Below the pieces are notes generated by a model. It searched no databases. It was not told the DNA's origin and saw only the letters and a list, made by a program, of their open reading frames with translations. From contig ML996693.1 in the NCBI GenBank assembly GCA_010356995.1, positions 1,178,001-1,242,000 on the forward strand: a DNA stretch of 64,000 nt, written 5' to 3'. Positions 11,612 through 23,579 of this stretch are shown here, in pieces (positions within the stretch are counted from its first letter, which is position 1; each line of letters starts with the position of its first letter). This DNA is from Trichodelitschia bisporula. Its lineage: Eukaryota. A program made the translations under genes and the position numbers.

Positions 11612-14600
11612 ATGTCCATTGCATCGCGGTCGTCGCACGCCTCGCGCGGCTCGCGCCACAGCAGTCGATCGAACCGGTCGCTGCCCCCGCCGGCCCCGAG
11701 TCTGACGCCGTCCAGCGACGCCGTGTTCGAGGCGTGCGCGGCGACGGCGTCCTTCTTCCTCTACGCACAGCGCAACGTCATCATCTGCCTGCATGTCGAC
11801 ACGCTGGCCATCGAGCGGCGCTTCGAGCGGCATCGCGACAACGTGCTGTGGATTACGGTCGACAATGTCAGCGACAAGGGCAACGGCCGTTTGGTGGTGA
11901 GTTACGATGCTAGCCAGACGACTATCGTGTGGGATCTGTTCTCTGGCGACGAGGTGGCGCGGTTTGCTTCGTATGAGGAGCTGCGCGTGGCGGTGTGGAT
12001 GAAGAACTCGAATCTTGCGTTTGGCAACTCGCAGGGAAATGTCATCCTCTTCGAGCCTACGACGTCGGAACACATATCTGCGCGCACCATCTTTGATCCC
12101 ATAACCGCCTTGGCGCCGTCAACAGATTGCCGAACGTTCGCTATCGGGTAAGTGGTGGAGGAGTGAAGATGCGCCGCGGAATGCTGACATGCCACAAGCT
12201 ACATGAACGGATCCATACTCATCGCCCATATTCAGCCGCAATTCACCATCCTCCACACTCTCAGCACTAATCGATCACCCTCGCCCATCAACAAGCTTGC
12301 CTGGCATGGCTCGTCTTCAAAGCAAAAGTCCGACATGCTGGCTGTGCAGACGCAAGACGGCGATCTGCGCGTCTGGAGCATCCCCAAGGTACCTAACGGC
12401 GACCAGCCGACCATCATCCGTGTGCTATCACGCCATGAAACGGACCGCCTATCAGGACCGTGTTGGTTCGGATGGTCGAAGATGGGGCGCATCGTGCAGT
12501 ATTCCGAAGGGTGAGTGGCGAAACTTGCAGCCTGTGAAAATGCGAGGCTAACCGCCCGCAGAATGACCTTCGTCTGGGACGTCCGCACAAAACGCGTGAC
12601 TTACGAATCCGTCCCTACGATTGATGGCATCGTCGGCGTCGCCAACTTCGGTCCGACCGCCACTCTCTTCACTATGGGCCGCAACCACACGGTCCAACAG
12701 TACGATCTTAATCCTAGCTCACGCCCGACGCTGGTCCAAAACGTGCAGCACGTGCCATCGAAGCTCCCGCCATCACCACCGATATCAGACGGCGATCAGC
12801 GCAAAGTCAGCCGCTACGTCACAGCCGACCACTCTATCGGCGCGCAAGGCGCGCTTCCATCTAGTCTGCCGCTCTACCTCGAGGTCGAGAGCAGCGAGGG
12901 CGAAGCTACCATGTCGCCGTTGCAGCGCATCGCCCGCGAAATGGACCAGCTCGACGAAAGCCGCGACACCGTCGGCCCCCTGAGCCCGAGTAATTCGTCC
13001 AAGGCCTCCACCACGTCCCGCTCGTCCCGTGGCGGCGGCCAGCGTCACCGCCTTCCCCAGGCGTCGCCCAAGCCGCTGCTCACCTCCAAGGACCGTCCCG
13101 CGTCGCCGCTGTCTAACAGTGCCAACAGCGCAAGTACAGCCACCACCTTCTCTTTGGGCTCGACACAGCCCGCCCTCCCAGGCGCCAACCGCGCCGCCGC
13201 CCGCGAGAGCATTTCCACGCGCTCGTTGCTGTCGACGTCGACGTCTAAGTCCAAGGGCTCACGCCTGCGGCAGGAAGTCATGCGCAGTCCCGAGTCGCCG
13301 CACCTACCAACCATCGTCGACCTCTTCCCGTACACGCGGGCCCGTCTCAGCGAAGTCCCCTTCCGCCCGCCACAGTACGACGAGCGGCGGCAAACGCCGG
13401 ACCAGCTGCGGGCGCAGATGCTCGAGGTGGTGTTTGGGTGGTCCAACGACATCGAGGCGCTGATTCGCGACGAGCTGGAGCGCTTCCCGCCTGGGTCGAC
13501 GGGCTCGGTGCTGCTGTGCAAGTGGCTCGGCGATCTGTCGTCTGAGATGGTGGCGTCAATGATCAGCAACCAGAGCCCGACGTCGTCTAACTGGATGCTG
13601 CTTGCGCTGAGCTCCATGGGCCAGGGGTCGCAGAAGAAAGTCGGCGATGCGTTTGTCTCGCGCCTGCTTGAGTCAGGCGACATCCACCCGGCCGCTGCTA
13701 TTCTCATCGGCCTCGGCGAGTACAACGATGCGGTCGAGGTGTATGTCTCGCGCAAATACTACATGGAGGCCGTGCTGCTTGCTTGTTTGGTCTTCCCGCA
13801 AGACTACCAGCGCCACTCGCACCTCCTGCGCAAGTGGGGCGAAGTCGCCATCCAGAAACACCAGCCCGAACTCGCCGTGCGCTGTTTCTCATGCACAGGT
13901 CTCGAATCTACGGAACCCTGGTTCTCGCCTGCCGCCCAGGACGCCGTGTACGTCGCACAGCAGCGTGCGCTTGCTCCGGATCAAAGCCAGCCGTCGCCCC
14001 GTCTCGCCCGCCTGCACCCCTCGGCCGCGGGCCTGAAACTCGTCACCGATTTTACTAAGCCGGCAATTGAACCGAAGTCGGCGCTCGACGATAAGACGCC
14101 AATGGTGTACGGCATTACGCCGATCGACACTGCCCTCTCCCCCAGCGGCGTGCAGCACCTGCGGCCCTTCCGCCGCGGTGATCCCGAGTCTGCAAGCCGC
14201 ACCGCCACGCCGGGTGGGTTTGCGCGCAGGCGCCTCCCGTCGCAGTCGGCTATCGATCGTATCCGCGGCGGCACGGAGCTCAATACGCCTATTGCTGAGG
14301 ATGTGGATGTGAATGAGCCCATGACCGCTGTCAAGGAGAAGGTGTGGCACGACCGGGATAACTTCCGGATGCGCAGCACGTCCGTCGGCCAGGGGAGCCA
14401 GATCTCGAGTAGCACGCTGAGCGCGACGCTGAGCGCGACTTCGTACCGCCGCACGGGAGGCGGTTTGCCTTCGCCGAACCCGCAGCTCATCCAGCGGTTG
14501 GCAGATAGTCACCACCGCAACGGGTCGCGCGAGCGCAAGCCTGAGGGCTTGTATCTGCACATGGACGACGTGGTGACAGTCGACAGCACCCTGCCCAGCG

Positions 14601-17029
14601 CATCCACAGTATCTTATTCTGGCCTCCGCGGCGCCAGCCCAACCAGCATCAGCGTCACCCGCGACCAAGCCATAAGCCCCATGTCCGACCGCCGCGCCGC
14701 CAGCGCAATGAAGAGCAGCAAAGCCAAGAGCATCGACCAGTACATCAGCAGCCTGGAGGAAGCAAACTACCACCAGAAAACCAAGCGCTCAGCCTCCAAG
14801 ACCCGCGAGCCCAGCCGCGAGGGCCGCACTACGAGCCGTACCTCCCACCGCGCCCCCTCCGCCGGCCGCGCCCAGGGCACCCGCTACGTCAAGCCGGCCA
14901 AGCGCTCCCCTTCCTCGCCGGTGAGCATGTCCCCCGACGACCCCGCGCTGCAGACTAGCTCCACCTTCGACGACGAGCGCTACTACCGCCTCGCCAGCCC
15001 CGTCGAGCCGCTCTCCGCCCATCCGCGCGAGCGTGAGCCCCTGAGCGCCCGGCCTCACGACTCGCACGCCAAGGACCTCGCCTCAGTTACCAGCCGCAAG
15101 AGCTCGAAGACGCGCCGCGGCGAATCGGCCGATCGTGCCGGGCGTATGCGCTCTAAGAGCCGGCCTGGGGGCGAGCGCGCGCCGTCCCGGCCCCGCTCGC
15201 CGGACGAGGATATCCGCTCTGAGCGGAGAGGCCGCAGCAAGGCGCGGCAGGAGGGCGAGCGCGAGCCTAGTCCCGTTAAGCGCGTGCTCACTATCGATAC
15301 CTCGACCAGTGTGCCCGTGCGCCCGCGCGAGCGCAGCGAGAACCGCGTTAGGAGTCGTAGTCGTGATCGGAGTCGTAGCGCAAGGCGGCCTGTTCGGGAC
15401 CCGTCGCCTGCGGACTCGCACGTCACGTCCGGGAGCAGGCGCAAGGCGAGCCGCAGCCGCATGCCGAAGCTGCAGACGAACTTCTCCGATCCGACGATTA
15501 TGACGAAAAAGGCGCTTGCGGCGAAGGAGTTAGAGGAGCGGAGGTTGTCGCTCGCGCGTCGCCCCTCGGCTCCTGCGATTATCCATCCGGATGAGCTTAG
15601 CGTGCCCCGTTCTGCGATTGACCGCTTGCCTACTTCGCCTGGTGGGTTTGCTGCTTCGCCTATGGGCGGCATGCCGAGCGAGGCGGAGCAAATCCGCGGG
15701 AATCCGAATGATCTGCGCAAGCTGGCGACTGCGCAATCGGGTGCTATCCCGAAGGCCGCGCCCATGGGCCTGCCCGCCACGCCCCGTGCGATGCGCCACC
15801 CGACATACACCTTCGACGTCACCGCTGCCACGCCGGACGTCCCCTCCGTGCCGCCCATCCCCGAGACCTCGATCCGGCACAGCACGGAGCACTTCCAGAG
15901 CCCGGTCGTGCAGGGCGAGACGGACGATAACTTCATGCTCCCCGCCGTGACCTTCGTTCCGCGGTCTGCGTCGGCGCCGCCGGAGAAGACTGTTCCAAGG
16001 AAGGCGACGGATGGGAAGGCCCATGGCCATGGCCGGAAGTTGAGTAGTAGTGTCACGGTTATCCTCCCCCAGGCCGGCGCGTCGGTCCTGCCGATGAGCA
16101 TCGACGAGGCGCTGCACGGCAGCGGTGCGAATGTAATCCACGTCGCGAGCCCGGGGGGCAACGCGCAGCCGCTCCCCGCCGTGGTCCCGGAGCTGCAACA
16201 CCTGAACATGCCCCCGCCGCCGCCGCCGCCGCCCCCACCGCCGTCTAACCTCTCAGCACATCTCTCCGTTATCGACCCCGAAAACGCCCCTCCGACGGAT
16301 ACGAGCCGCACCGTCTCCCCCACCGCCGAAATGCCGTCCCTGAGCAGTTCGCCCTCCCAGAATCGTCGTGGGCGGAACAGCATGAGCGAGAACGTAGGGC
16401 TTAAGCTGCGCAGCGTGCGCGACCGCATCCGCGACCGCAGCGCGTCCCGCAACAGGACGATGAATATCTCCCCGCCGATCCCATCCTACACGCCCAGCGC
16501 GCCCTACGAGTCGCTCGTCGGCGTCCAGGAGGCAAGTCAGGGCGGCGCAGCACCGCCCCCTCCCCCGCCCCCTCCGGTGCCGTATGAGTCCCTCGCGCAA
16601 CCGGGCATCGAGCCCCTGCCGCAGACCACGTTCGGCGGGTACAAGAAGGAGACGCGCGCGCAGGCGCTCGCGCACGGGGAGACGCTTGCGGCGGAGCGGT
16701 ACACGCCTGCTCCCTCATCCAGCAGTGCGAGTCCGGCGCCGTACGAAAGTATGGCGTCGCTTGGGGGGGTGGGGTATGGTGGGCCCAGTCCGCAGCCACA
16801 GCAACAGGTGGGGGGTGTGCCAAGGGACACGACCTACGCTGGCTATCGGACGCCGAAGGAAATTGCGGCGCAGATGGCGGCGGCCGCCGAGAGGCAGCAG
16901 CAGGTTGAGGAGCAGATCCAGCTTGCGAAGGCGGGGTTTGCGGGGTATAGGCATCCGAAGGAGGTTAGGGCTAATATGCCGCCAGAGAGCTATGGGGCGG
17001 GGAGGGGGGGGGAGGGGGAGATGTTTTAG
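11612..17029 (+). CDS. Large WD40-repeat protein with helical/TPR-like middle domain and long disordered Ser/Arg/Pro-rich tail (~1771 aa)
   Basis: Exons 11612-12147, 12199-12510, 12562-17029; introns GTAAGT..GCTGAC..AAG and GTGAGT..GCTAAC..CAG keep the frame. WD-type repeats (TTIVWD, GDLRVWS, FVWDVR); helical block (AAAILIGLGEYNDAVEVYVSRKYYMEAVLL). Confidence 0.88.
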
Positions 17030-18390
17030 GTGGTGAATGGGGGTTGATGAGGGGGTGAGAAGTGGTGAGAGGTGAAGATGGTTTGAGAGTGATGGTCCGT
17101 TTTCTTGCTTCTTGGATACCGATACGGTTTTCCGCTGGCGACGGCGGAGGCCTTTTTGCTTTGACTGCCAAAAGTAAGGATCTGGCATGATTAAACGACG
17201 TTTATTTTCTTTCTTGTGGCATTTTTTTCAGGCTGGGCTTGCTGGAGAAGAGATATACCTTGTTTGTTGTACACTTTCAGCGGGGTTTCGACTCCCTGGC
17301 TGCTTCGGTTGGTCTGGGTTCGTTCTTCTCAGGCATATTTTTGACATTTCGATTCGATGGCCTCTGGGGTTTGGAAGACGGGCTTTTTTTGGGGTTGATA
17401 AGATTTGGGGTTTGATGTGATGTTTTGGGTGGGGTTTGAGCGCGGTGCATTTGGGTTTTCATCTTCGAGTTTGCTTCGAGGGGTGAGCATTGGGTGTGTA
17501 AGGTTTGGGGTTGCATTTGGTGCTTATGGCTTCGTGTGGCATCCTCCGAGGGAGGTGGGAGGGGAGGAAGGGGGGAGGAGGATTGAGAGGTGAGGCTGGC
17601 ATGTGGACTACGAAGAATGAGGGGTGGGATGTATGTAGGACATCGGATAATTGATACTGCTGTGGTGTGCTAGAACATTTTTATGCCGTGAAGTGGAAGT
17701 GAGGTCCTCATCTGTTTTACACGTGATACAAGTGGGCCCTTTGTTTATTCCACGTCAGGTCAGCGTCATCGTGAGGTCAGGGGGGGTGGTGTGTGGATGG
17801 GGTGTGTGGGTTAGGTATTGCTTTGAAATTCAGGTTGCGGTAGTGGCCCCGGGCCGGCCCGTGGTTGGCGGCGGAGGCGGGCCGATATCGATAGAGTATC
17901 GATAGGATCGCTGCACAGCCAAGGAGAAGGGGGAAGGGGTTGGGGATCGTGGCTCTCGGCACGGCGAAAAAAGGGTGGATTCGGTGCCTGGGTGCGCGGG
18001 ACGGACGAGGCTGGACTGACAGGAGACAGGAATGATATAGCAGCGGGCCGAGGGGGGTTGCGTGGAGTATGATCTCCGCCTCCGCCTCAATCCCCGAGAT
18101 ATTCCCCGTCCTTGAAGAAGTTCAGACAACAAATATGCCATGCTCACAAAGCGTAGTTGCCCCGTCCAATTGACTCAATATGTTCGGACAGAATATCTCA
18201 CCGAAGCTTACGACGGCTCGCGTCCAATCACAACCTTTCCCTGCACGATACTCGTATGCATGCGGGGTGCCGGCATCGCATCCGTGATACGGGGCGTGAC
18301 TCAGCGGCGGGGATATATCCCCTCCCTCCTTCCACTTCCTCTATCTCAACTACCTCTCGTCAATTTTCGCTTCACAAGAACCAATTGACC

Positions 18391-18575
18391 NNNNNNNNNN
18401 NNNNNNNNNNNNNNNNNNNNNNNNNNNNNNNNNNNNNNNNNNNNNNNNNNNNNNNNNNNNNNNNNNNNNNNNNNNNNNNNNNNNNNNNNNNNNNNNNNNN
18501 NNNNNNNNNNNNNNNNNNNNNNNNNNNNNNNNNNNNNNNNNNNNNNNNNNNNNNNNNNNNNNNNNNNNNNNNNNN
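18391..18575. other. Assembly gap (185 N)
   Basis: Run of N; hides the 5' end of the next gene. Confidence 1.
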
Positions 18576-18577
18576 CC

Positions 18578-19339
18578 GCCCCAGGCCACCCCTCCCGCAC
18601 CCTCCGCATCCTCACGCCCACCTCAGTAGCCTATCTCGACTCCACAGGCAGCGGCTGCGAAACCATAGCGCACAGCTACGAAAACGGCCGCGTAACGCTT
18701 ATGTTCTGCTCCTTCGGCCCCGCGCCCCGGATCATGCGTCTATTCTGCACGGGCCGGGTCGTGGAGAAGGGCGCGCCGGGATGGGCCGCTGCTATGGCCC
18801 TGTTTCGCACCGAGAAGCAGGCGGGGGATGAGGAAGCCGTTCTCTGGCCGTCCGGGAAGCGCGCGGAGGGGGAGTGGCAATCTGACGCCATCGCCCGCGC
18901 CAGCCGCGCGGTGATTTACCTGGATGTGTTCAAGGTGCAGACGAGCTGTGGGTATGGCGTCCCGCTGCTCGCGCCGTCGGGTGTAGGGGAGAGCGAGGAT
19001 CCGTCCGACCCCACTGGGGGAATGATGAAGATGGAGGCCAAGGGGGACGGGGGGTTGTGGGTTGATCGGGATGTGTTACCGGGTTGGGGGGCTAAGAAGA
19101 CGGAGAGTAGTTTGAGGGGGTATTGGGTGGATAATAACTTGAGGAGTTTGGATGGACTGCCTGGACTGCGGGCGGCGGGGGCGGGAGGGTGGAGGGTGAG
19201 TGTGGGGGGTGGGTGGGTGGGTGCTGCGGTTGTGTGGGTTTTGGTGGTTACGTCGAGGATTTTTGGGGTGGATGTGGTTGGGCTTACGGTGGGGGTGTTG
19301 CTGCAATGGGTGGAGGGGGTGAGGGGTTTGGTGAGTTGA
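18578..19339 (+). CDS. Pyridoxamine 5'-phosphate oxidase-like FMN-binding family protein (5' end in gap)
   Basis: Frame open from the gap edge: VAYLDSTGSGCETIAHSYENGRVTLMFCSFGPAPRIMRLFCTG...KVQTSCGYGVP...NNLRSLDGLPGL, typical of this family; hydrophobic C-terminus. Confidence 0.85.
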   Translation, partial: APGHPSRTLRILTPTSVAYLDSTGSGCETIAHSYENGRVTLMFCSFGPAPRIMRLFCTGRVVEKGAPGWAAAMALFRTEKQAGDEEAVLWPSGKRAEGEWQSDAIARASRAVIYLDVFKVQTSCGYGVPLLAPSGVGESEDPSDPTGGMMKMEAKGDGGLWVDRDVLPGWGAKKTESSLRGYWVDNNLRSLDGLPGLRAAGAGGWRVSVGGGWVGAAVVWVLVVTSRIFGVDVVGLTVGVLLQWVEGVRGLVS

Positions 19340-19567
19340 GGTGATGAGAGAGAGGCGGAGGGTTTCTACTATCAGCCGAGTCTAATACGAGTCACGATAC
19401 ACCATCACGTAACCATAATTCACGTTTCAACGAGCACACTGTTGACATCAATTGTGCGTGTGTATTGTTTCGTTCGGTCAGCAGGGCTAATCAGAAGCTT
19501 AGCCCAGCCTCCGGCCACACTGTGAGGAATGACCATCCCACCTAACAGCGCGGAGCAAACCGTAGAA

Positions 19568-22500
19568 CTAAACAACGCTGTACCGCCCACTCGCCGGCGC
19601 GCGACTCTCGCTCTCGACAGCCGCCATCGTCCCCTCGCGCAAGAGGCGCATGAGCTCGCGCATCGCCGTAGTCTAGTGTCATTAGCCAACTCATTCATCA
19701 AAAACCGGGGGGGGTGTCAAAACTCACCACCACAACCTCCGTATCGCCCTCAACAAGGATATACAACTTCGGCTGGCTCCCCTCCGGCACACTCGCATTC
19801 GCCGGATAGAAGTTCCCCTTCGTCGTAATGCTGACGCCAGTCGCATCCAGGATCTTCGCCACATTCGTGCGATTCGTGACCGCCCACCGAGCTTTCTGCG
19901 GGTAGTCGTTGATCTCGAGCGTTGCATGGAAGGCACCAGCGTCAGGACCCTTGTTATCGATAGGCTGTCCCGGGCGAAGGCGGTTCGTCTGCGTAAGGCG
20001 CTGGTTGATGAAGCTAGTCACGCCCTTGACCTTGTCGAGCGGGTTGCCGTCCGCCTTGGGGGCCTCGGTGCGGTGCACCACAATCTCCGCATCAATCGCA
20101 ATCTCCTTCGGCACACGCGAAGCCGAAGCCGAAGACGAAGAAACCACCTCGCTAGGCCCATTGAGCAGCACATCCTTGTCCTTCTTCCCGTTCTCCTTGT
20201 CATCCTCATCCGGCTCATCGCCCGTCTTGAACGCCTTGCGCTGCAGCGAGCGCACTGCGTCACGGTCCTGGTCTAGCTTCTCCAAGCCCTTGCCGCCGAA
20301 ACCGCCGCGCGCGGCTTTTTCCTTGCCGGTCTTGACCTTTTCCATGAAGGAGTCGGACATCTTTTGCAGGGCCTCTGGGATCTCTTGACCGGAGTATTTG
20401 AGCGCTTTGATTATGTCGATCGAGTAGCGCTCCTGCTCTTCAGTGATGAACGTAACCGCCGTGCCCTTGTTGCCGGCCCGACCCGTGCGCCCCGCACGAT
20501 GAACGTAGTCCTCGAGATGGTTGGGTGGATCATAATTGACCACTAACTTGAGTTGCTTGACATCCAACCCACGGGCGGCGACAGACGTGGCGATCATAAT
20601 CGGAATCGCACCGTGTTTGAAGTCGTCAATCGTAGAATCGCGGTCGTACTGATCCTTGCCGCCGTGAATCGACCCGCACGGGTACCCCTTGTGCAGCAAC
20701 TCATTGAGCAAGCCATCCGCCGCCTCCTGGCGGTCCACGAAGATCAACGTACGCGCATCCTCGTCCGTGTCGTACAGCTCGCCGAGCAACTCCAGCAGGC
20801 GCACAAACTTGGTGTTCTCGGGCCGAACCTCGACAATCTGTGTAATCTCCGGCGCGACGACGCTGCGACCGCCGACGATGATCTGCACCGGGTCCTTGAG
20901 CGCCTTGCGCGCGAGCGACTCCATGATGCGCGGGAATGTCGCTGAGAAGAGCACCTTCTGCGCGTCAGGCCGAATGTTCGACATGATTTTAGACACCTGG
21001 CTCTCGAAACCCATGTCAAACATGCGGTCCGCCTCGTCGAGCACGAGATACGTGATGCGCCGCAGATTAGTCACACGGCCCGAGTTGGCGGCTAGAAGAT
21101 CAATCATCCGACCCGGCGTGCACACGATGACATGGCATCCCTTCTTGAGCGAAGCAATCTGGTCGCTGATCGGCGCGCCGCCATAGGCACACACGGCTTG
21201 CAGGTTGAGGGCCTTGAGAAACGGACGGCACTCCTTGTGGATCTGGGTGGCCAGTTCGCGCGTCGGCGCCAGAATCAAGCTGATCGGTCCGTCGAGTTTA
21301 TCGAGCGCGCGCTGCGCAAGGATATGCCGGCACATCGGGAGGATGAAGGCAATTGTCTTGCCAGACCCGGTCTTCGCCACGCCGATAACGTCACGGCCGG
21401 ACATGATGGCAGGAATCGCCTGTGACTGGATGGAGGTCGGCTTGTAATAGCCCAGACTGCGAATGACGTCCAGAGTCTGCACGCCGAGACCGCATTGCGC
21501 CCACTTGAGGACTGGTTTGGGAACGTTCTTGCCGTCGATCTTGATGCCGTCGAGCTCTAAGCGCAGGCTGGCGACCTCATCCTCTGACAACGCGGCCATC
21601 TCAGTCGACTCAGTGAAGAAATTCTTGCGGAACGGCTCGTAGGCGATCTTGGAGTGGTCCACAGTGGGCAGGTCCTTCTTCTTGCGCTTACTAGCGGCCA
21701 TGGCCAGAATGTCGTCGGCCTCGAGTTCGACGGGATCGCGCTCCTCCTCATCTCCGTAGATAGCCTCGGCCTGGGGAAGCTTGCGCTTCCGATTTTTGGG
21801 ACTCTCCTTGCCCAGGGTGGCCATGAAGGCATCCAGCGGGTCGATATCGTCCTCCGAGGCGCCATTAGATTCGGCAGCGGGGGTTTGAATGGCAGGTGCA
21901 TCGGTCATGGTGGCATCCCCAGCGGCAGCTGCCTGAACGCGCTGCTCGTGCTTTTCGGCCGCCGCGCGCGCAGCAGCGGCAACCTCCTCTTCAGTGCCGG
22001 TATCGTGCAAATCGGTTCCATCCTCGTCTTCTGGGACAGCAACGGCATTATCGAGGTCAGGGGGCGGGGGGGTTGGCAGCTTCTCGAGCTTCTTACGTGT
22101 AGCGACTTCATCCCCAAAGTCCAAACCCTTTTTTTTCTCCGCCTCCTGACCGGCCTTGTTCATGAAGCCGAATGCGCTGACGTTAGCGGCTTTCTTCGCG
22201 CGGCTCGAGGTGGCTGCGCCTGTCAGTACTGCTGGACAACCGAGGGAGCGAGACTGACCAGATTGTGTCCCGACTTTGGGCGGAAGCGTCGGCATCGTTT
22301 TAGCCGTCACAGGAAGCGGGACGTCGCTTCCAAGGGCCTTCGCAGCTCCAGTAACCTTTTTAGGCATCGTCTGTGAATCAAACGTTCCTTGAAAGGGGGT
22401 GGGTGATTGGTGACCATTTGCGTCGCCAATGATCGTTGCAGGTGAGGCAATGCTAGCCGGTGTCGAGTCTTTCTTATCCATTTCCTGCAGAAGTGTGCGC

Positions 22501-23193
22501 GTAGTGACCGCAGGCGTAGTTGCTTCTTTCTGCTGCTTCTCGAGCTCGGCGGCAGCCTTTGCCTGTGCCTGCTTGGCCTTCCATGCCTCTAACTTGGCCA
22601 GACGCTCCGCTTTCTTCTTGTCTTCGTCAGTCTGTTTGGCCACAGCGGGCTTCGCGGGCTGCAAATCAGTAAACGTTCTCGTAAAACCACAAGCTTGTTC
22701 ACGACAGCGACATACCTCGGCGGGTTTCTGCACGGCCTTGTCATCCTTGCGCTTCGAGTCAGTAGAATTATCGCGTCGACGCCGCGTACGGTCTCGGGAG
22801 TCGTCTCGCCTGTCCCGGATATCCCTATCCCTGCTGCGGTTCCTCCTGTCGCGCCCAGGGGACCGAGAGTGGCGGCGCTCGCGCGAGCGATCATGGCGGA
22901 CTGGGCGGTACGTGTCTTCGGCTCTACGGTCTACCGAGCGGTCACGACGCCGGTGCGAGTCGCGGTCACGGTAGCGGCGCTGTAGGGTGATAACAATCAG
23001 TAAGTGCTTCAAAGGCAACCAGCGAGAGGGGAGGACTTACATCAGCGCTGCGAGAACGGCTCCGCCGGCCATGATGGCTCCATGCTGGATCCCGCCGGTC
23101 CCGAGGGAAGCGGTCCTCATCGCGACGAGAGCGCCGGCTGGCCGAGTACGAGCTTCCTGTGGGTGATGGTGAGCGCGTCTCCCGGCGGGGCAT
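19568..23193 (-). CDS. prp5: Pre-mRNA-processing DEAD-box RNA helicase Prp5/DDX46 (~1135 aa)
   Basis: Exons 23193-23041, 22979-22716, 22658-22259, 22213-19728, 19672-19568. RS-rich N-terminus, DPLDAFM motif, [33 protein letters not shown], and C-terminal [13 protein letters not shown]-like region. Confidence 0.95.
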
Positions 23194-23579
23194 CTTGATG
23201 CACCCGATTGGTGGTGAGCGTTACACTCGTGTATTTCCAGTCAGCAGCGAGATTTGGTGAGTCGTGGAGTTTGTGAGGTGAGGGGGGTTCGACACTGTTA
23301 TGGTAGGTTGTGTGCGACCGATAAGGGGAATACGCAAGTGGTTGATGGTTGTGTGGTGGGAGAAAGTTGGAGAGCAGTTCGGGGCGCCGCAGATGATCCG
23401 CTCGTTCACTGCCTGGACTCGGTGCTTGGCTGTGGCGCAACATGGTTGATTGAGTGTGGCTTGAGGGTCGGAGGTGGATTAGCTTTAGGCCGGCCCCTCG
23501 AAAAAGTTCCTCCACCGGCGTCTCACTTTTGCTGCTGAACGCTGAGCTTCGTGTTCGAAGAACCACAAAGCAATCCGCC
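23194..23579. promoter_or_regulatory. Bidirectional promoter between prp5 and erb1
   Basis: 386 bp between divergent ATGs; contains CGATAAG (23319-23325, PAC-like) and GAAAAAGTT (about 23500, RRPE-like). Motif function is inferred. Confidence 0.55.

Noticed and set aside
15055..16452. 465-aa antisense ORF (and similar shadows over prp5, erb1, put2 and 28090-29016)
   Set aside because: Expected antisense open frames of GC3-rich coding sequence.
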